Assembly: GCF_025526975.1 (NCBI RefSeq)
Contig: NW_026515696.1
Location: 62,001-126,000 of the forward strand
Source of the DNA: Fimicolochytrium jonesii
Lineage: Eukaryota
DNA length: 64,000 nt
Direction: 5' to 3'
Numbering within the stretch: the stretch's first letter is position 1; every line of letters begins with the position of its first letter. Under the pieces are notes generated by a model, which did no database searches, was not told the origin of the DNA, and saw only the letters and a list, made by a program, of their open reading frames with translations. Both the position numbers and the translations under genes were made by a program. This document shows positions 63,646-64,000 of this stretch, one piece after another.

Positions 63646-64000
63646 CTTGTCGTGAAGCGTCTAGGTGATTGTCGAGGGAATGAACAACAATGAGAGATTT
63701 CTAGTACGACCAGGGACCTGCCCAATGGTGCGGATGGAAGGGGTTACAATTTTATGAGGGAGAAGCGGAATGGATTGATGGTGAAGAGAAAGGGAGCATG
63801 CATCGCCGTCGTCTTTTATAGTGCGACGAGGTCGTTTCCTAGACTACACACGCTACACTACACTACACTCCGTGAGCAGCACGAGACGCGGGGTTTCAAC
63901 GGGGGCCCGCGGACGTCCATCGCAGATGCATTCGGGTCTGATCGCTTACAGGGGATCATAGTCCGTCTATGGTAACCCAGTAATGCCGCTGACCCGCCGT

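Overview
Eukaryotic, intron-rich (GT-AG) genomic DNA, most likely from a zoosporic (chytrid-type) fungus: it has fungal-type genes (fused tryptophan synthase TRP5, Dma1-like FHA-RING ligase, hybrid histidine kinase) together with the flagellar gene LRRC56. About 20 spliced or single-exon protein genes and one tRNA-Gly(GCC) can be supported: RPL27, NDUFV2, a cadherin-like/RING/TRAF-ZnF/TPR protein, a stanniocalcin-like secreted protein, RPL1, an Mx-like dynamin, guanine deaminase, a hybrid histidine kinase, a chromodomain protein, DMA1, a SUN protein, ENT3/epsinR, FCF2, a front-end desaturase, SDE2, TRP5, LRRC56, U2SURP and a GDSL phospholipase B-like protein. Main unexplained signals: (1) a shared, sense-oriented, hairpin-forming modular element in long introns of three unrelated genes (RPL27, GUD1, TRP5); (2) a TET/JBP-like dioxygenase remnant next to an intronless desaturase, with a 14-bp direct repeat on either side of the pair; (3) a synuclein/perilipin-like amphipathic repeat on dedicated exons in the TRP5 alpha-beta linker; (4) a broken APSES/KilA-N (SBF/MBF-type) domain; (5) short intergenic TTAGGG arrays; (6) alternating C-rich/G-rich blocks inside exons. 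All assignments come from manual translation and motif recognition; no database searches were run, and at least one homopolymer frameshift suggests assembly errors.
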